Assembly: GCF_963921235.1 (NCBI RefSeq)
Contig: NC_086109.1
Span: 31,002,001 to 31,066,000 of the forward strand
Source: Mobula hypostoma
Taxonomy: Eukaryota
Reading direction: 5' to 3'
Length of the DNA stretch: 64,000 nucleotides
The notes under the pieces are model-generated. The model made no database searches. It was not told where the DNA came from and worked only from the letters and a program-made list of their open reading frames with translations. A program made the position numbers and the translations under genes. Below, piece after piece: positions 50,592 through 63,830 of this stretch. Each line of letters starts with the position of its first letter. Positions within the stretch are counted from its first letter, which is position 1.

Positions 50592-50719
50592 TTCGAGTTG
50601 TAAAGAGCAAGCAGTGGTGTGAAATGATTCCGTGTTCAGAAGGAGAAATCTGTGGTTTATTAATGAACAAGTCAGGCTGGACCTGCACGCAGCCAGGTGG
50701 TCGAATAAAAACAATAACG
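50592..50719 (+). CDS. TAFA5: Internal coding exon of a TAFA5/FAM19A5-like secreted chemokine-like neurokine (C-terminal part)
   Basis: Acceptor ttttttgcatttacAG (50590-50591) and donor ACG|GTaggc (50720); 128 nt = 2 nt + 42 codons RVVKSKQWCEMIPCSEGEICGLLMNKSGWTCTQPGGRIKTIT, matching TAFA5 RIIKTKQWCDMLPCLEGEGCDLLINRSGWTCTQPGGRIKTTT as recalled. Ortholog versus paralog is unresolved. Confidence 0.93.
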
Positions 50720-51094
50720 GTAGGCAACTTCAAGGTTTCATATCATTAATGATGTTCAATGAATCGTTTATTTAATTAGAATCTTTAAAAAAAATTAGGG
50801 ACTTAACCAACTTATACTCTCATGCAACTTCAAAATCTAAAAGAATTAAACCTGACCAATCATATAACAATGTTAACATGCCTTAATTTCACAGAAAATA
50901 TTGAAAATAAGCAAGAGGGAAGCATGGGCTGAAACATTCAATGTTAAAAGAAGTAAATGTTAATAATCGAGAGGATATTTGCATATATATCATGTCCATA
51001 GACAACTAACCAATGTAAATGCAGAGGACCACTCTTTGTTGCTTTATGAAGAATGTTGTAATACACTGAAAAATAGTGGTTGACTTGCAAATAT

Positions 51095-51305
51095 GTTCAA
51101 AGTAAATTTATTATCTAAGTACACGTATATCAGCATATAGAGTACTACCCTGAGATTCATTTTCTTGCAGACATTCACAGTAGAACAATGAAAGACAATA
51201 GAGTCAATGAAAAAACTACACACAAAGAATACAATCAACGTGCAAAAGAAGACAATTTGTGCAAATGCAAAAAAAGTTACTTAAAATTTATTTAATACTG
51301 AGAAC
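51095..51305 (-). mobile_element. Retroposon 3' tail
   Basis: gttcaaagtaaatttattatc..accctgagattcattttcttg is the reverse complement of the tail at 15000-15068. Confidence 0.65.
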
Positions 51306-51544
51306 ATGGTGCATTACATATTTTGTCTGTAAATGGATGAAGGGATATTGATCCTCATTTTGTCAACAGTATTGTATTGAATTTTATGCAGTATGCAGTA
51401 TATTAATTATATATTACATTACATATTTGGTAATAATGCATTCTCTTTCATGAGAGGAGAAGGAAAGGATGGTGTAAAATGAAAAATAATGTATCATAAG
51501 AGGATTCAATAAAGGTCAGACAGCATTAGAACAAATAATGTAGA

Positions 51545-52160
51545 AATTTATCCATGACTCTGGGCCCAACATATCGAGGCAATTACAAAGAAGGCATGAC
51601 AGTGGATATATTTCATTCAGAATTTGAGGAAACTTGGTATGACAGCAAAGGCATTTGCAAATATAGATATACCATGGGGAGCATTCTAATTGGTTGCAGT
51701 ACCATCTAGTATGAAGTGGCCACTGCACAGAACTGGAAAAAGCTGCAGCTCAACCAGCTCCATCATAGGCACTAGCATCTAGGGCACTTTCAAAAGACAA
51801 TGCCTCAAAAAAGTTGACATCCATCATTAAGCCCCCCCTCCCCACCCACCATCACCAGGGACATGTCCTCTTTTCCTTGTTACCATCAAGGAGGAGGTAG
51901 AGGGGCCTGAATACACATATTCAATGTCTCAGGAACAGTTTCTTCTCCTCCACCATCAAATTTCTAAATGGACAATGAAACCATGTACTCTACCACATTT
52001 TTTTTGATTTTTTTTGCTCTTTTTTGCAATACTTAATTTAATTTTTGTATATACATTTACTGTAATTTAGAGTTTTTTTTATTATGCATTGTAATGTACT
52101 GCTGTTGCAAAACAACAAATTTCATGACATATCACATTATTAGATGTGATTCTGATTCTG
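51545..52160 (+). mobile_element. Rex1/Babar 3' fragment
   Basis: Homologous to 60270-61088 (accatcaagg aggaggta, caggaacag); ends gattctgattctg. Confidence 0.75.
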
Positions 52161-52276
52161 TTAAGAACCTGGGCAATGAACAAAGCAGAATGTTGAGAAA
52201 ACAGATTTCATTTAGAAGTCATTTGTGATCTCTCATGACAAGGTAATGACATATCTGCAATTATAATCCTCAAACA

Positions 52277-52356
52277 CAAGGGTTCCCAACCATGGGTCCA
52301 TAGACCCCTTGCTTAATGGTATTGATCCATGGCATAAAAATGGTTGGGGACCCCTG
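52277..52356. mobile_element. 80-bp hAT/Charlie-like MITE
   Basis: TIRs caagggttcccaacc / ggttggggacccctg; 8-bp TSD ctcaaaca/ctctaaca. Confidence 0.8.
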
Positions 52357-53192
52357 CTCTAACATGTTTCAAACAATGGTAAAAGCTCCTAACATCAAAG
52401 CTTTAATAATTCTGCTGCAGAATGTTCTGATATTAGACAAGATGTTTGATGTCAGCAGTGAAATGTCTGCTTATCAACAAGCTTCATTTAGTGCTAGTAA
52501 ACACAATAATGAAGCAAAATAAATCACATATTTGGTGGAGGTGGATAGACCTCTCCCTCTAAAGAAAAGGATAACAATATATTGCAAGGCTTGATGGGCT
52601 TCTTAGCAGTTGTTTTATTGTAAGAGTCCACTCAATTGCTAGTTGCTATTGTTGAAGCGAATATGTTGCAGACATTATATCATTCCTATAATGAGAAAAA
52701 GAATAACGTATAGATTTTTTTGTGTGATTTAAATTATTCTGTAGCAGCACCTCTGCTCTTTTATCTAAAGGTAAAATAGTCAAATTATAATGACCAGGAA
52801 CATCAAATAGTGAAAGGTTGAAAAATTGTTAAAGAATTTAAAAGGTGTCAGATTTATTGGGAGGGAGTTGAACTAATGATATACTGTGCAAGTCATAGGT
52901 TGCAAGATTTGTATGGCCACCTGAGAATTTACAAGAATGTTTGTGTGTTGAAGCCCCGCAGTAAATAACAATGTAAGGAGATGAAAGAATGAGCACATCC
53001 AAGCAAAGAGTAGAAGATGTAAACTCCATAACTTTAGTTCTTAAACTAGTGATGATTTCAAGTTTTTAATAAAGTATGAAGAAAAGCAAATATACTTACT
53101 GCCATCCATTGTGGTGAGGCAGATTTCTCTCACACTGATTACCTAGTGAGTTTATTTAGCTTCCTCTGCACCCAGAATAATCCTTTTTGTTG

Positions 53193-53357
53193 AACTACTG
53201 GAGGAACTCAGCAGAAAAAAAAACATCCATCCTGTTGCAGGGTATCGGCCCAAATATCAACCGTCCCACAGCCTTTGCAAATTCTGCTCAATCCACTGTG
53301 TTCCTCCAGCAGTTTTTTTTTCGCTCCAGATTGCAGCATCTGCAGTCTCCTGTCTCT
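53193..53357. mobile_element. Fold-back Penelope-terminus element
   Basis: aactactggaggaactcagc near 53193 inverted to gttcctccagcagtt near 53300; decayed ctgttgcagggtatcggcccaaatatc core between them. Confidence 0.6.
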
Positions 53358-53849
53358 CCATAATCCATATTGCTTCCTGGTATGTGCTGAGGTAATCAGA
53401 ATAAGAATAGCAGACGATACAATTTACTTTAACTTTGCTTTGTTTAAGAGGATGGTATTTGGATCTTGCTCTCAAAGCTCATCCAGTAGCTAATACTGGA
53501 AGTGTTTGCTCAGAATGCAGTTGCTTTGACCCTAAGTGGTTCTAGCAGATGAATTACCCAGAAGTCTCACTGTCCGCTGAAAACCAGATAACTGGTGTTA
53601 TCCATAACACCACTGAGTAACAGGGAGCCTCCAGTTTTAGGAGAAAGATGTGCACAAGAACTCAGGGGTAAAAGCTAATGAGATAGCATCGAATAAAAGA
53701 TTATTTATGTCCAGGGATGCAGCAATTAATCTTCATGATGTGAAGCTAATGGACCTGGCAATGGACTCAAAGGTTTCAGGAGGGAAGAGAGATAATTGGA
53801 AATAGAACTGAAACAGCAACCTAGAAAAGGAGAAAATAATGTAAGATAT

Positions 53850-54850
53850 GAGAGACAGCAGGTGCTGGAAATCTGGAGAAACACACAAAATGCTGGATGA
53901 ACCGAATGGATCAGACAGTCATCTATGGATGGAAATGGGCGGCCAACGTTTTGGGTCAAGGAGCCTCGTCAGAATTTGAAAGAAAGATGAAGGGTATCCA
54001 GTAAATTTAAAAAAAAGGTTGGGGAGAAGGAATGAAACAAGAGCTGACAGGTGATAGGTAGATCCAGCTGGGAGAGCGAGGTGCTAGTTAGGTGAGGGAG
54101 AAGAATGGAAGGAATGTAAGAAGCTGGAAGGTGACGTGGAAGCGACAACAGTCTGAAGAAATGCAATCTGATCAGAGGGGACCATGGAGTAAAGGGAAGG
54201 AGGTGAGGACAGGAATCAGAGGGAGGAATATATGGGAAAAGGACAGACTGAAATGGTAGGGGAGAGAAAAAAGTTGGGGTGTTAGGACCAAAGGGATAGA
54301 GGGAAAGTGGGCTGGGGGGGGAAGCAAAGGAAAGCGGTTACAAGAATTTGAGAAATTGATGCTCGTGTTGTCAGGTTGGCGACCACCAAGGCAGAATATG
54401 AAGTGTCGTCCTTTAATTTGTATTTAGCCTCAGCTTGGCAGTAGAGGAGGCTGTAGACAGATATGTTCATGTGGTAATGGGAATTGGATGCAAAATGGCT
54501 GGCCACCGGACCATGACTGATGCTGACGGAGCAAAGGTCCATGATGAACTAGATGCCCCCCCGATCTGCATCAGCTCTCAACAATGTTGAGGTGGCCGCA
54601 ACGGTTACAATAAATGACACCAATAAAGTCAATATGGAGTGAAGTACTACTGCACCTGGACTGAAAAGGGCCCTCAATGGTGGTGAGCAAGGAGGTGTAG
54701 GGGGCAAGTGTAACATTTGGCATGGCTGAAGGGATAACTGCCTGGAGGAGGACCAGTGGGAAGAGACAGGGAGACAAAATATGTTGTTTGCATAGTCTCA
54801 TGAGGTTGGAGGTAAGGATAAGGGCAACTATGTTCTTGTTATGTCTGGGG
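53850..54850 (-). mobile_element. Penelope-like element 3' part (GIY-YIG region plus terminus)
   Basis: Minus ORF PYTSLLTTIEGP..GVIYCNRCGHLNIVE; terminus reads CTGACGAggctccttgacccAAAACGTT on the minus strand near 53944-53972. Confidence 0.75.
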
Positions 54851-56289
54851 GTAATGAGGTGAGAATATTTCAAGTGAAGGATTAAACATGAATGTCTGGA
54901 TTTGTGTATGTTTGTTCTTTCTTTTTCCCTTCATCCTTCCTAGCATACAGAAAATAATAATTTTATTATATGATTATCATTGGCAACTCCTTCATAATTT
55001 TGGATAATGTCCTGACACCGTTCTTGTGCTTCAGTGATACTTGACAAACTTCCTCTGACAATTGTTACTGATCTGTTTATTTTCTAAAGATGTATTACCT
55101 TTGGCTATTTTTTTTTCCTACACATTTTCTGATATCGCAAGAAAAGCTACTGAATTGGAACCAGGTAGCCATAGGAACAACATCAGATGAAAAGCAGGAG
55201 AAACAGGAATGAAATCCTGCAATAAGTGCGTGGGGAGAGCAAAAAGCACCTGTCATCTTATGATGGTATCACTCTGAAAATCTTGATCTTACCAGCAAAA
55301 CCTTTGAGATTGCAACTTGCTGTTGAAGGCATTGCTAGCCAGAAAGCCAAAAATTGAGAGGATTTTCCCCAATACTTATATCATAAAAATTATGTTCACT
55401 CCATGCCAAGTCAATCAATAAGAAAAAAAAGTCATAAAATATTGGTGTGATAGAGCTGTGTCTCGTATTTTTCCAGTACAAATCGATACCAATGGAATTG
55501 TGGTTGGCATTCAACAGCGAGGGATTGAATTTAGAGTCCTAGTCTGAGCTCTTGTCCTGAGCAAATTTGCCTCAAGAACCAGACGGTTTGGGCGCATTTC
55601 TGTAATGTAGTGAGGAGGAAGAGTGTGGAGTGAGGAACGCAACCCTATTTATCCAATCTGATCTGACCTGACCTAACCTAATCCTAACCTGACCCCTAAC
55701 TCCCTGCACTGTTCACAGAATCCACAGTGATATCTGTTGAAACTGTGGCTCAAACTTGGTTTTCTTTTGGTCTATAGGTAAGGTTTTGGGGACAAGGTGG
55801 GGAGCTAGGTGTTAGGTTAGGGTTTAGGGTGGAAGGAATGAGGGAGAGTTAGAGGTCTGGGGCTGTAAATGAAGAGCCACTGTTCTGAGTGGTCTGTGGT
55901 TGAAGGCCAGCAATTCCAGAGGTCAGGTCAACAGGCGCTGAGGATTGGAACCAGTGATCCCCAGATCAGTGAGTCCCAGGTTGGAGGGCCTTGTGAGCAG
56001 GAGATGCAAGAGCAGTGACTCCTCATGTCAGTGAGTCCTGGCATTGGAAGTTCATGCGAGTCTGGAGGATGAAGCCTGAAGGTCAAAGCCCTGTGTGTGG
56101 TGAGTCCAGAAGACAAGGCCCGAAGGTCAAAGCCCTGTGATCAGCGAGTCCATGGGTAGTCAGACAGCCGATGTCTGTTAGTCCAGGCTGCTGGATGGAG
56201 GTTTAAGACTGTTATTGTAGCTTCTTGTATTGTTCTGCTGAATTCTCCTGGGATTATGGCCTTAATCAGCACAAAAATGGGCCTTTTAG

Positions 56290-59050
56290 CTGCCCATGTC
56301 AATGCAGATATCAGCCATTCTCTGTGTGAAAAGCCTCTTTAAATTTTCTTCCTCCCAATTTAAAGCTGTGTCCTCTTGTTTTTGATAACCTAACCACGGG
56401 AAAAAAGATTTTGTCCGTCTTCTGTATACCTATGCCTCATAATTTTATATATCTTTAGTTCGGCCCTAATTTTTCATCACCACGATAGTATAGTGGTCAG
56501 CATCAGCGTCCCGGGTTCAATTCTGCTGCTGTCTGTAAGGAGTTTGTACATTCTCTCCATGACTGCATAGATTTCCTCTGGGTGCTCCAGTGTCCTCCTA
56601 CAGTCCAATGATGTACAGGTTAGGGTTAGTGAGTTGTAGTCACACTATATTGGAGGCAGGAGCATGGCAACACTTGTGGGCTTCCTAGCCCAATCCCCGG
56701 ACTGTGTTGGTCAACGACGCAGGCAACACATTCACTCTATGTTTTGATCTTCCGATATACCTGGGACAAATAAAGTTAATCTTTCTCGTCTTTTTTCTCC
56801 TTTACTCCAGAGAAGCCCATTCAGGGAAAAAAAAACAAGCACATAGTATCCAATGTCCTCTAATTGAGATAACAGCCTGATAAATATGTTCTGCAATCTC
56901 TCCATTGCAACCATATCTTTCCTATAATTTGGTGAACAGAACTGTACACATTCATTCTGGTATGGACTATCCAGTGTTTGATAAAGTTGTAGCATAATGT
57001 CCCAACTTTTATATTGTTTACCACAGCAAACAGGCCATTTGTCCTATCTTCCTGTGTTACCACTTTCAGGGAATAATGGACTTGAACCCCAAGATCGCTC
57101 TGATCATCTGTGTTCCTCAGCATACTACCATTTACTGGATATGCCCTGCATCATTCATACTGTCAGGGTTCCTTCCATATGATCTGCATCCTCCTGTAGC
57201 CTTTCATAAATGTCCTCACTGTCCACAAACCACCAACTCTCATGTCATCTGTGTTTTTACTAACTAGACCTCTTAAATGCTTTTCTAGGTAGTTAATATA
57301 AATCACAAACTACCAGGGCCCTAGCACCTGTCTCTGCGGTACACCACAGGATCAATCATCCTTCAACCTCCGTCCTCTGTCTCCTCTCACCAAAACAACT
57401 TTGGAAGTAATTAGTCAGTTTGAACTGGACACCATGTGTGCTAAAAGTCTGGACTAAACTATCACGCAGGACCTCATCACAATAATCAAACAGGAGTTCC
57501 CTACACAAAGTCATGTTGTCCATCCCTGATCAGAGCCTGTGTTTTCAAAAGTACACGGTCCCTATCACTCTAGGCTTTCTTCAGGAATTTCCCTCCTACT
57601 GATGTATGGCTCACTGGCCTATAGCTACATATGTGACTTACCCCTGCTCCCTGACTGAAGACTAAACGTTAGCTATCCTCAGATCTTTTGGAACCTGAGC
57701 TGTGGATTTATCAACCCTTATGCATCCTATTGCAACTAACACCTTATCCTTTTTAGTAATGACTTGTCCCAGATTATTCATGTACCTCTGCCTGATCAGT
57801 ATCTTGCACATTATTCTCCTTGGTGAATACTTATGTCTATTATTTATTTCAGTGCACACCCATATTCTTATTTATCACATCTGACATTAAGCTGCCATTA
57901 CTACCATTCCTTCGACCATATTTACATGATTGCAATAATATCACAATTCCGGGTACTGATTCATGCTCGCAGTTTATCTGACTTACCCATGAGGCTCCTG
58001 GCATAGAAGTAAATGGATTTGAGCCTTCCAGCCTTCCCCATGTTCCACTACCTGTCCACTGGAGTTGCTTGATTTATTCTCTTCATTTTTCTCTCCATCT
58101 GCCGTGCTGCTGGTTTGCTTCTCATTTCCCTTCCAAATTAGTTTTAAGTTGTCCTGTGTCAGGTGAGCAAACGTCCCTGCAAGATACCAGTCCCTTTCCA
58201 GTTCAGGTGCAACCTGTCCTTCTTGGCAAAAATCCCACCTACACCAGGAGCGATCCCAATGATCGGAGTATCTAAGCCCCTCCCTCCTGAGCCTCCACAC
58301 ATTCATTTGCCCCATTCTCCCATTTCTACTCTCACTAGCACACAGTTTGGGGAGTAATCCTCAATAAGGACACTAAAGGCCCTGCTTATAATCTACTGCC
58401 TAACTCCCTAAATTCAATTTGCACGTCCTCATCATATTTTCTTACTCACGTTATTTTTACCATGATATCTGGCTGTTCTTTTCTTTGTACTCAATCTGAG
58501 ACTTACTTGGGCCTGGCATCGGACTAGCAACACACCATCCTGGAGTCGCATAGAAGCTGCAGTGGCCCTCATGAACGAATTCCCCGCCGATATGTTTCAC
58601 GAGACTTTTCCCTGATCTGCTTGCATCTGAAACAGCTGTGGTGCCACAAACTTGGCAGCTTCTGCCTCTTTTCCTCTGAGAGGCCATCTCCCCAACAGTA
58701 TCGAAAGCAAACACCTGTTTGAGAGATGAATGACTTCGGGGATTCCTGTACTATCTGCCTGTGCTTACTGTCCTTTCTGATAGTTGCCCATCTTGTTTGT
58801 TTCTATACCTCTGGTGTGACTAACTCACTAAACATGCTATCTATAACATTTTCCACATCCCCAAAAGCTCCCTAGTGCGTCTGATTGTTCTACATGATCT
58901 GACGGGAGCTGCAGTTGAACACACTTTCTACATCAATGTATGCTCATCAGGGCCATTGTCAGTGTCCCTTATCTCCCACATCCTGCTGGAGGAAGCCCCA
59001 GATTCCAGAACCTTTAGCCCCAGTCCCTTCTCAAGAAGAATACATCTTAC
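56290..59050 (-). mobile_element. Old, heavily deleted CR1 with an ORF1 esterase remnant
   Basis: Minus ORFs ECVQFCSPNYRKD, DLGVQVH, VPKDLRIANV, REGLRYSDHWDRSW. Confidence 0.75.
56478..56785 (+). mobile_element. V-domain SINE, same subfamily as 8291-8630
   Basis: tagtatagtgg, gggttcaattc, V-domain, ggttagggtt, tail gacaaataaagttaatcttt. Confidence 0.8.
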
Positions 59051-59240
59051 CTAATCAGCACTTCCCTTCCTTATGGAACTCCAAATTGACATTAACAGCA
59101 GTGATTTGACCTCACAGCCCTTCACAAAATGGCTTCTCCCAAGATGGTCACTTCTGTCATAGTTGTCTCTCCTATTATATTTCACATTCAGCACTGATCT
59201 TCTGTGCTGTCAGTCCTACCTCTTTCCGAACTTTCTGAAC

Positions 59241-61088
59241 CTGATGAACTCAATGCCTTCTATGCCCGTTTGATGGAGAAATATTACTACAGCTGAGAAG
59301 GATCCCTGATGCACCCGGTGACCCTGTCATCTCTATCTCGGAGGCCAATTTTAGGCTCTTTAAAGAGGGTGAACCCTTGCAAGGCGGAAAGTCCTGATGG
59401 AGTACCTTTTAAGGCTCTGAAAACTTGTGCCAACCAACTGGTGGGAGTATTCAAGGACATTTTCAACCTCTCACTGCAATGGGTGGACCACTTGCTTCAA
59501 AAAGGCAACAGTTATACCAATGCCTAAGAAGAGTCATGTGAGCTGCCTTAATGACTATTGCCCAGTAGCACTCACATCTACAGTGATGAAATGCTTTGAG
59601 AGGTTGGTCATGACTAGACTGAACTGCCTCAGCAAGGACCTGGACCACTGCAGTCTGCCTATTGCCACAAAAGATCAATGGCAGACGCAATCTCAATAGT
59701 TCTCCACACGGCTTTAGACCACCTGTACAACGCAAACACCTTTGTCAGGATGCTGTTCATTGACTATAGTTTAGCATTTAATACCATCACTCCCACAATC
59801 CTGATTGAGAAGTTGCAGAACCTGGGCCTCTGTACCTCCCTCTGCAATTGGATTCTCGACTTCCTAACCAGAAGACCACAATCTGTGCGGATTGGTGATG
59901 ACATACCCTCCTTGCTGACGATCAGCACTGGTGCACCTCAGGGCTGTGTGCTTAGCCCACTGCTCAACTCTCTATATACACATGACCGTGTGACTAGGCG
60001 TAGCTCAAATACTATTTATAAATTTGCTGATGATACAACCATTGTTGGTAGAGTCTCAGATGGAGACGAGAGGGCATACAGGGGTGAGATATGTCAACTA
60101 GTGGAGTGGTGCCACAGCAACAACATTGCACTTAACATCAGAAAGACGAAAGAGCTGACTGTGGACTTCAAGAAGGGTAAAACGAAGGAACACATACCAA
60201 TCCTCATAGAGGGATCAGAAGTGGAGAGATTGAGCAGTTTCAAGTTCCTGGGTGTCAAGATCTCTGAGGACCCAACATATTGATGCAGCTATAAAGAAGG
60301 CAAGACAGCATCTATACTTTATTAGAAGTTCGAAGAGATTTGGTATGTAAATAAACCACTCAAAACCTTCTATAGATAGACTGTGGAGAGCATTTTGACA
60401 GGCTGTATCACTGTCTGGTATGGGGGGGAGTGCTGCTACACAGGGCTGAAAGAAGCTGCAAAGGGTCGTAAATTTAGTTGGCTCCATCTTGGATACTAGT
60501 CTACATAGTACCCAGGACATCTTTAAGGAGCAGTGTCGCAGAAAGGCAGCGTCCATTATTAAGGACCCCCAGCACACAGGGCATGCCCTTTTCTCACTGT
60601 TACCATCAGGTAGGAGGTATGGAATCCTAAAGACACACACACTCAGTGATTCAGGAACAGCCTCTTGTCCTCTACCATCTGATTCCAAAATGGACATTGA
60701 ATCCATGAACACTACCTCACTTTTTCAATATATATTATTTTTGTTTTTGCATGATTTTTATTCTATTCGATATATATATAGCGGGGAACCGCGTACGAGG
60801 CAAGTTACAGCAGTGGTTTGCCATTGCCTTCTGCTGGGTGAGTTTCCAAAGAGATCACCAGCTCATAACCCAGTACGGATGGAAAGCGTGCAGGGGAGCC
60901 GGCTGGATTGGAACTCGGGACCTTTCGTCCTGAAGTCCAACGCTGATGCCACTACGCCACCAGCCGGGTCATATATACTGTAAATGATTTATTTTTCTTC
61001 TAAACAATGTATTGCATTGTACCACTGCTGCTAAGTTAACAAATTTCACGACATATGCCGGTGATAATAAACCTAATTCTGAATCTGA
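59241..61088 (+). mobile_element. 5'-truncated Rex1/Babar LINE
   Basis: [57 protein letters not shown]; tail attctgaatctga. Confidence 0.92.
60781..60970 (-). mobile_element. tRNA-head SINE with an RTE/Bov-A-like segment (Sauria-SINE-like), inserted in (TA)n
   Basis: Minus strand: A box tggcgtagtgg, B box gagttccaatcc, agaaggcaatggcaaaccact; atatata on both sides. Confidence 0.7.
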
Positions 61089-62299
61089 CTTTTCCCCTCT
61101 TACCTAATCTCTCTCTCTCTCTCTTGCTGCAACTTTCCACAATCTTCCCTGTTTGCCAGGGATTATCTTCCACTTTGCTTGAAGGTTACAATTTTCTGCT
61201 GCTGTCTTTCATACCCAGAACCTGACTGACCTCTCAATCTACCCAACCGCGGGTTGGGATACCACTGTTAAATTCAGCTGGTTCCTCTGTGTTTCTAGCA
61301 GCAAGCTGAATCCCCAGCTCCCTGTAAATATCAGGGTCACATCTTTTGCTTTATATGATATCTGATCAAAACTCCCTTTCCACAATTAATATAATTTTTG
61401 GTCAGCTCTGCTAAAATCAAAATGACACTGTATATTTGAGGATTTAACCTTGCTAATGGAGTGTATATGTGCACCTTACATTTTAAGGTTGTGTGCTATT
61501 AATATAGATTACTCTCAGGAACTCAAAAGAGAAGCAATTTGTCTTCAATTGAAGGATGTCATAAAGGTCACAAGTTTATATTCTCCAGTGCAGATTCACT
61601 GCAGACAAATATGAAGTACACACTGAGGAAGGCAAGCATAAACAGAAAGAAACTAAAAACAAATTCAGACCTTAGCTGATTTTTGGTCATGGTTTCAAAT
61701 TTTAAGAAAAGGTAAATTAAATGTTACTATTTTTCTGGATTTTGAGAGTAACTAGAGTAGACACAACACTTCTGGTTATGTCAAGTCTTTATTGTCTTAG
61801 TGATTCCAGGACTTCTAAAGGACAATAAGAAATATCTCTGAGATAGTCATGGGTGACAGAGTAAAAGTACCACATTCCAGCAAAGGTACCAATGTGATAC
61901 TGAGTATTACTTTTAACAGGGATTTATAACCCCCACTATTTTAACTCATGCCATTTTCTTCCTTTGAATATGATCTTAATTTTTCCTGAAGAATATATAC
62001 CTGTACCTTTTCTCCAATTACACCTTTTCTCTCTCTTCAGTCAAAACACTCAAATATCTGGCTTAAGAGGGAGCTGACCAAGGAGATGCAAGTTGTTTAA
62101 CTCTGGATAATTGTTGCCCATGATGGGAAGTAATCAGTAGATAAACCAGCAATTCAAACAAGGTTCCAATCTGCACAATACCCTTCTGCACAAAGGTAAT
62201 TTTCCCACTCTGCCAGCATGCATAGGGCATTCTCAGGACTATGTATTTTCAAAGTTTCTCCTCACATTTTAACAGAACATTATTAATAAATATGAACAT

Positions 62300-62460
62300 T
62301 TCTGCAGATGCTTGGAATCCAAAGCAACACACACAAAATGCTGGAGGAACTCAGCAGGTTAGGCATCATCTATGGAAATGAATAAACAGTCGGCGTTTCA
62401 GGCCAAGACCACTGCCTGCTTCTGGAGAAGGTTCTCTGCCTAAAGTGTGGACAGTTTATA
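62300..62460 (-). mobile_element. Penelope terminus with a short inverted partner
   Basis: acacaaaatgctggaggaactcagcagg..aaacagtcggcgtttcaggcc, then ctggagaaggttctctgcctaaagtgtggacagttt. Confidence 0.7.
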
Positions 62461-63269
62461 ACTTTATTAATATCGATTAATACTTCTTAGGGCAAGGACA
62501 TTCCAACCATTGTCCCTTTGAAATGGATAATATTGCCTTTGCTTTGCTTGCTCAGCCTGCAGTCTAACAAATGGGCCATAAACCGAGACATTCATTCCTC
62601 TTTTAACATGCAGCAGGGACCAGGGTGTTGCCTTCTTCATTCCTGCTGCATTTGAAGAATACCAAGACAAGTATCATTCTATGGGTATACATAAATGGCA
62701 ACCTAATTTATAAATGGACTGATATCTCTAACGCAGAAGAATGACTATTCTGACATTGACCCCAATATTTGCTGTACTTTGGAGAAATTTGTCAACTCAC
62801 GTGACGAACGATGGATTATAGAAGCATCATGAACATTAAGTTTTATAACATCCCAGAGGGCTTTCACTGTCAACTCCTGTCAATTACCTTAAGTTCTTTT
62901 TCTGCTATTTGCAGACATTAAAGAGTTCAGAACACAGCTGTGGTGTTAAAAAATACTCGCCTTTGAATCTGATCATGGGGAAGCTAATTTATTCTATATT
63001 ATCATTGAAAACTCCGTAATAATTTTGTATGACGTCCTAAATCTATTTGTGCTCATTTGGTTAATCTCCAAAATCAGTGTTACCCAAACCTCAACTGATG
63101 AGCTTCAGCATGCTGATGACACTAGTGTTAATGCATGTTGGGAGCTCTGAGGCATCATTGACTCTTCTACTGAGGCATACGAGACGATTGATCTTCCATC
63201 TACATTTACATGACCAGCATCATCTGTGAACCTGCCGCTGCTGCACGTCATCACTCTTTGAAAACAGAC

Positions 63270-63830
63270 ATTCACAGTGGGTCCCTGGAAAATATGGAAC
63301 CAATTCCCATATATGAGGTATAGCCTCCTGCTGAAGATGCTAGTGATGACACTACCACATGGAATATTTGAAAATTATGACCTCAAACATGGCACAAAAT
63401 TGATGGTGTACTAGGCAGTGTTAATACTTTCACGTCGGAGACTGGGGTTACAAACAGGAAACATTTCAAGATACAGGAGAACTATCACCTAATTTGTCTT
63501 GGCAAAATCCTCCAAATTCACTGGGACAAAAAGCCAAGCAATGGCAGTGTCCTCTTTCAGGCCGACATTGCCAGAACTTGTAACAACTATTATACCCAAG
63601 GAACAGGCAGGCCATGTCATTCATATCTGACACTTTGTTACAAGCTCCTTCTCTGGAAGTGATGGACAGAGGGACACGAGGAAAAAGAACCAAAGATTTT
63701 CTCATAGCCATTTTGAAGAAAGGCAGCATCCTCACTGACTCTTGGGAGTCTTTGTTCCATGACATTTCAAAGTGGAAAAGGAACATTCAAGATAGTATTG
63801 CAAACCACAAGGTGATGTATCAGGAGCTTG
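63270..63830 (+). mobile_element. Old RTE (BovB-like) 3' fragment
   Basis: RGKRTKDFLIAILKKGSILTDSWESLFHDISKWKRNI, typical RTE ORF end. Confidence 0.7.

Noticed and set aside
60915..60945. Hammerhead-like ggac-gaaa motif in the SINE head (minus strand)
   Set aside because: No CUGANGA box upstream and no stem I.
62020..62060. Polypyrimidine tract plus AG as the final TAFA5 exon acceptor
   Set aside because: The following sequence (tcaaaacac...) does not encode the expected short VS-stop ending.
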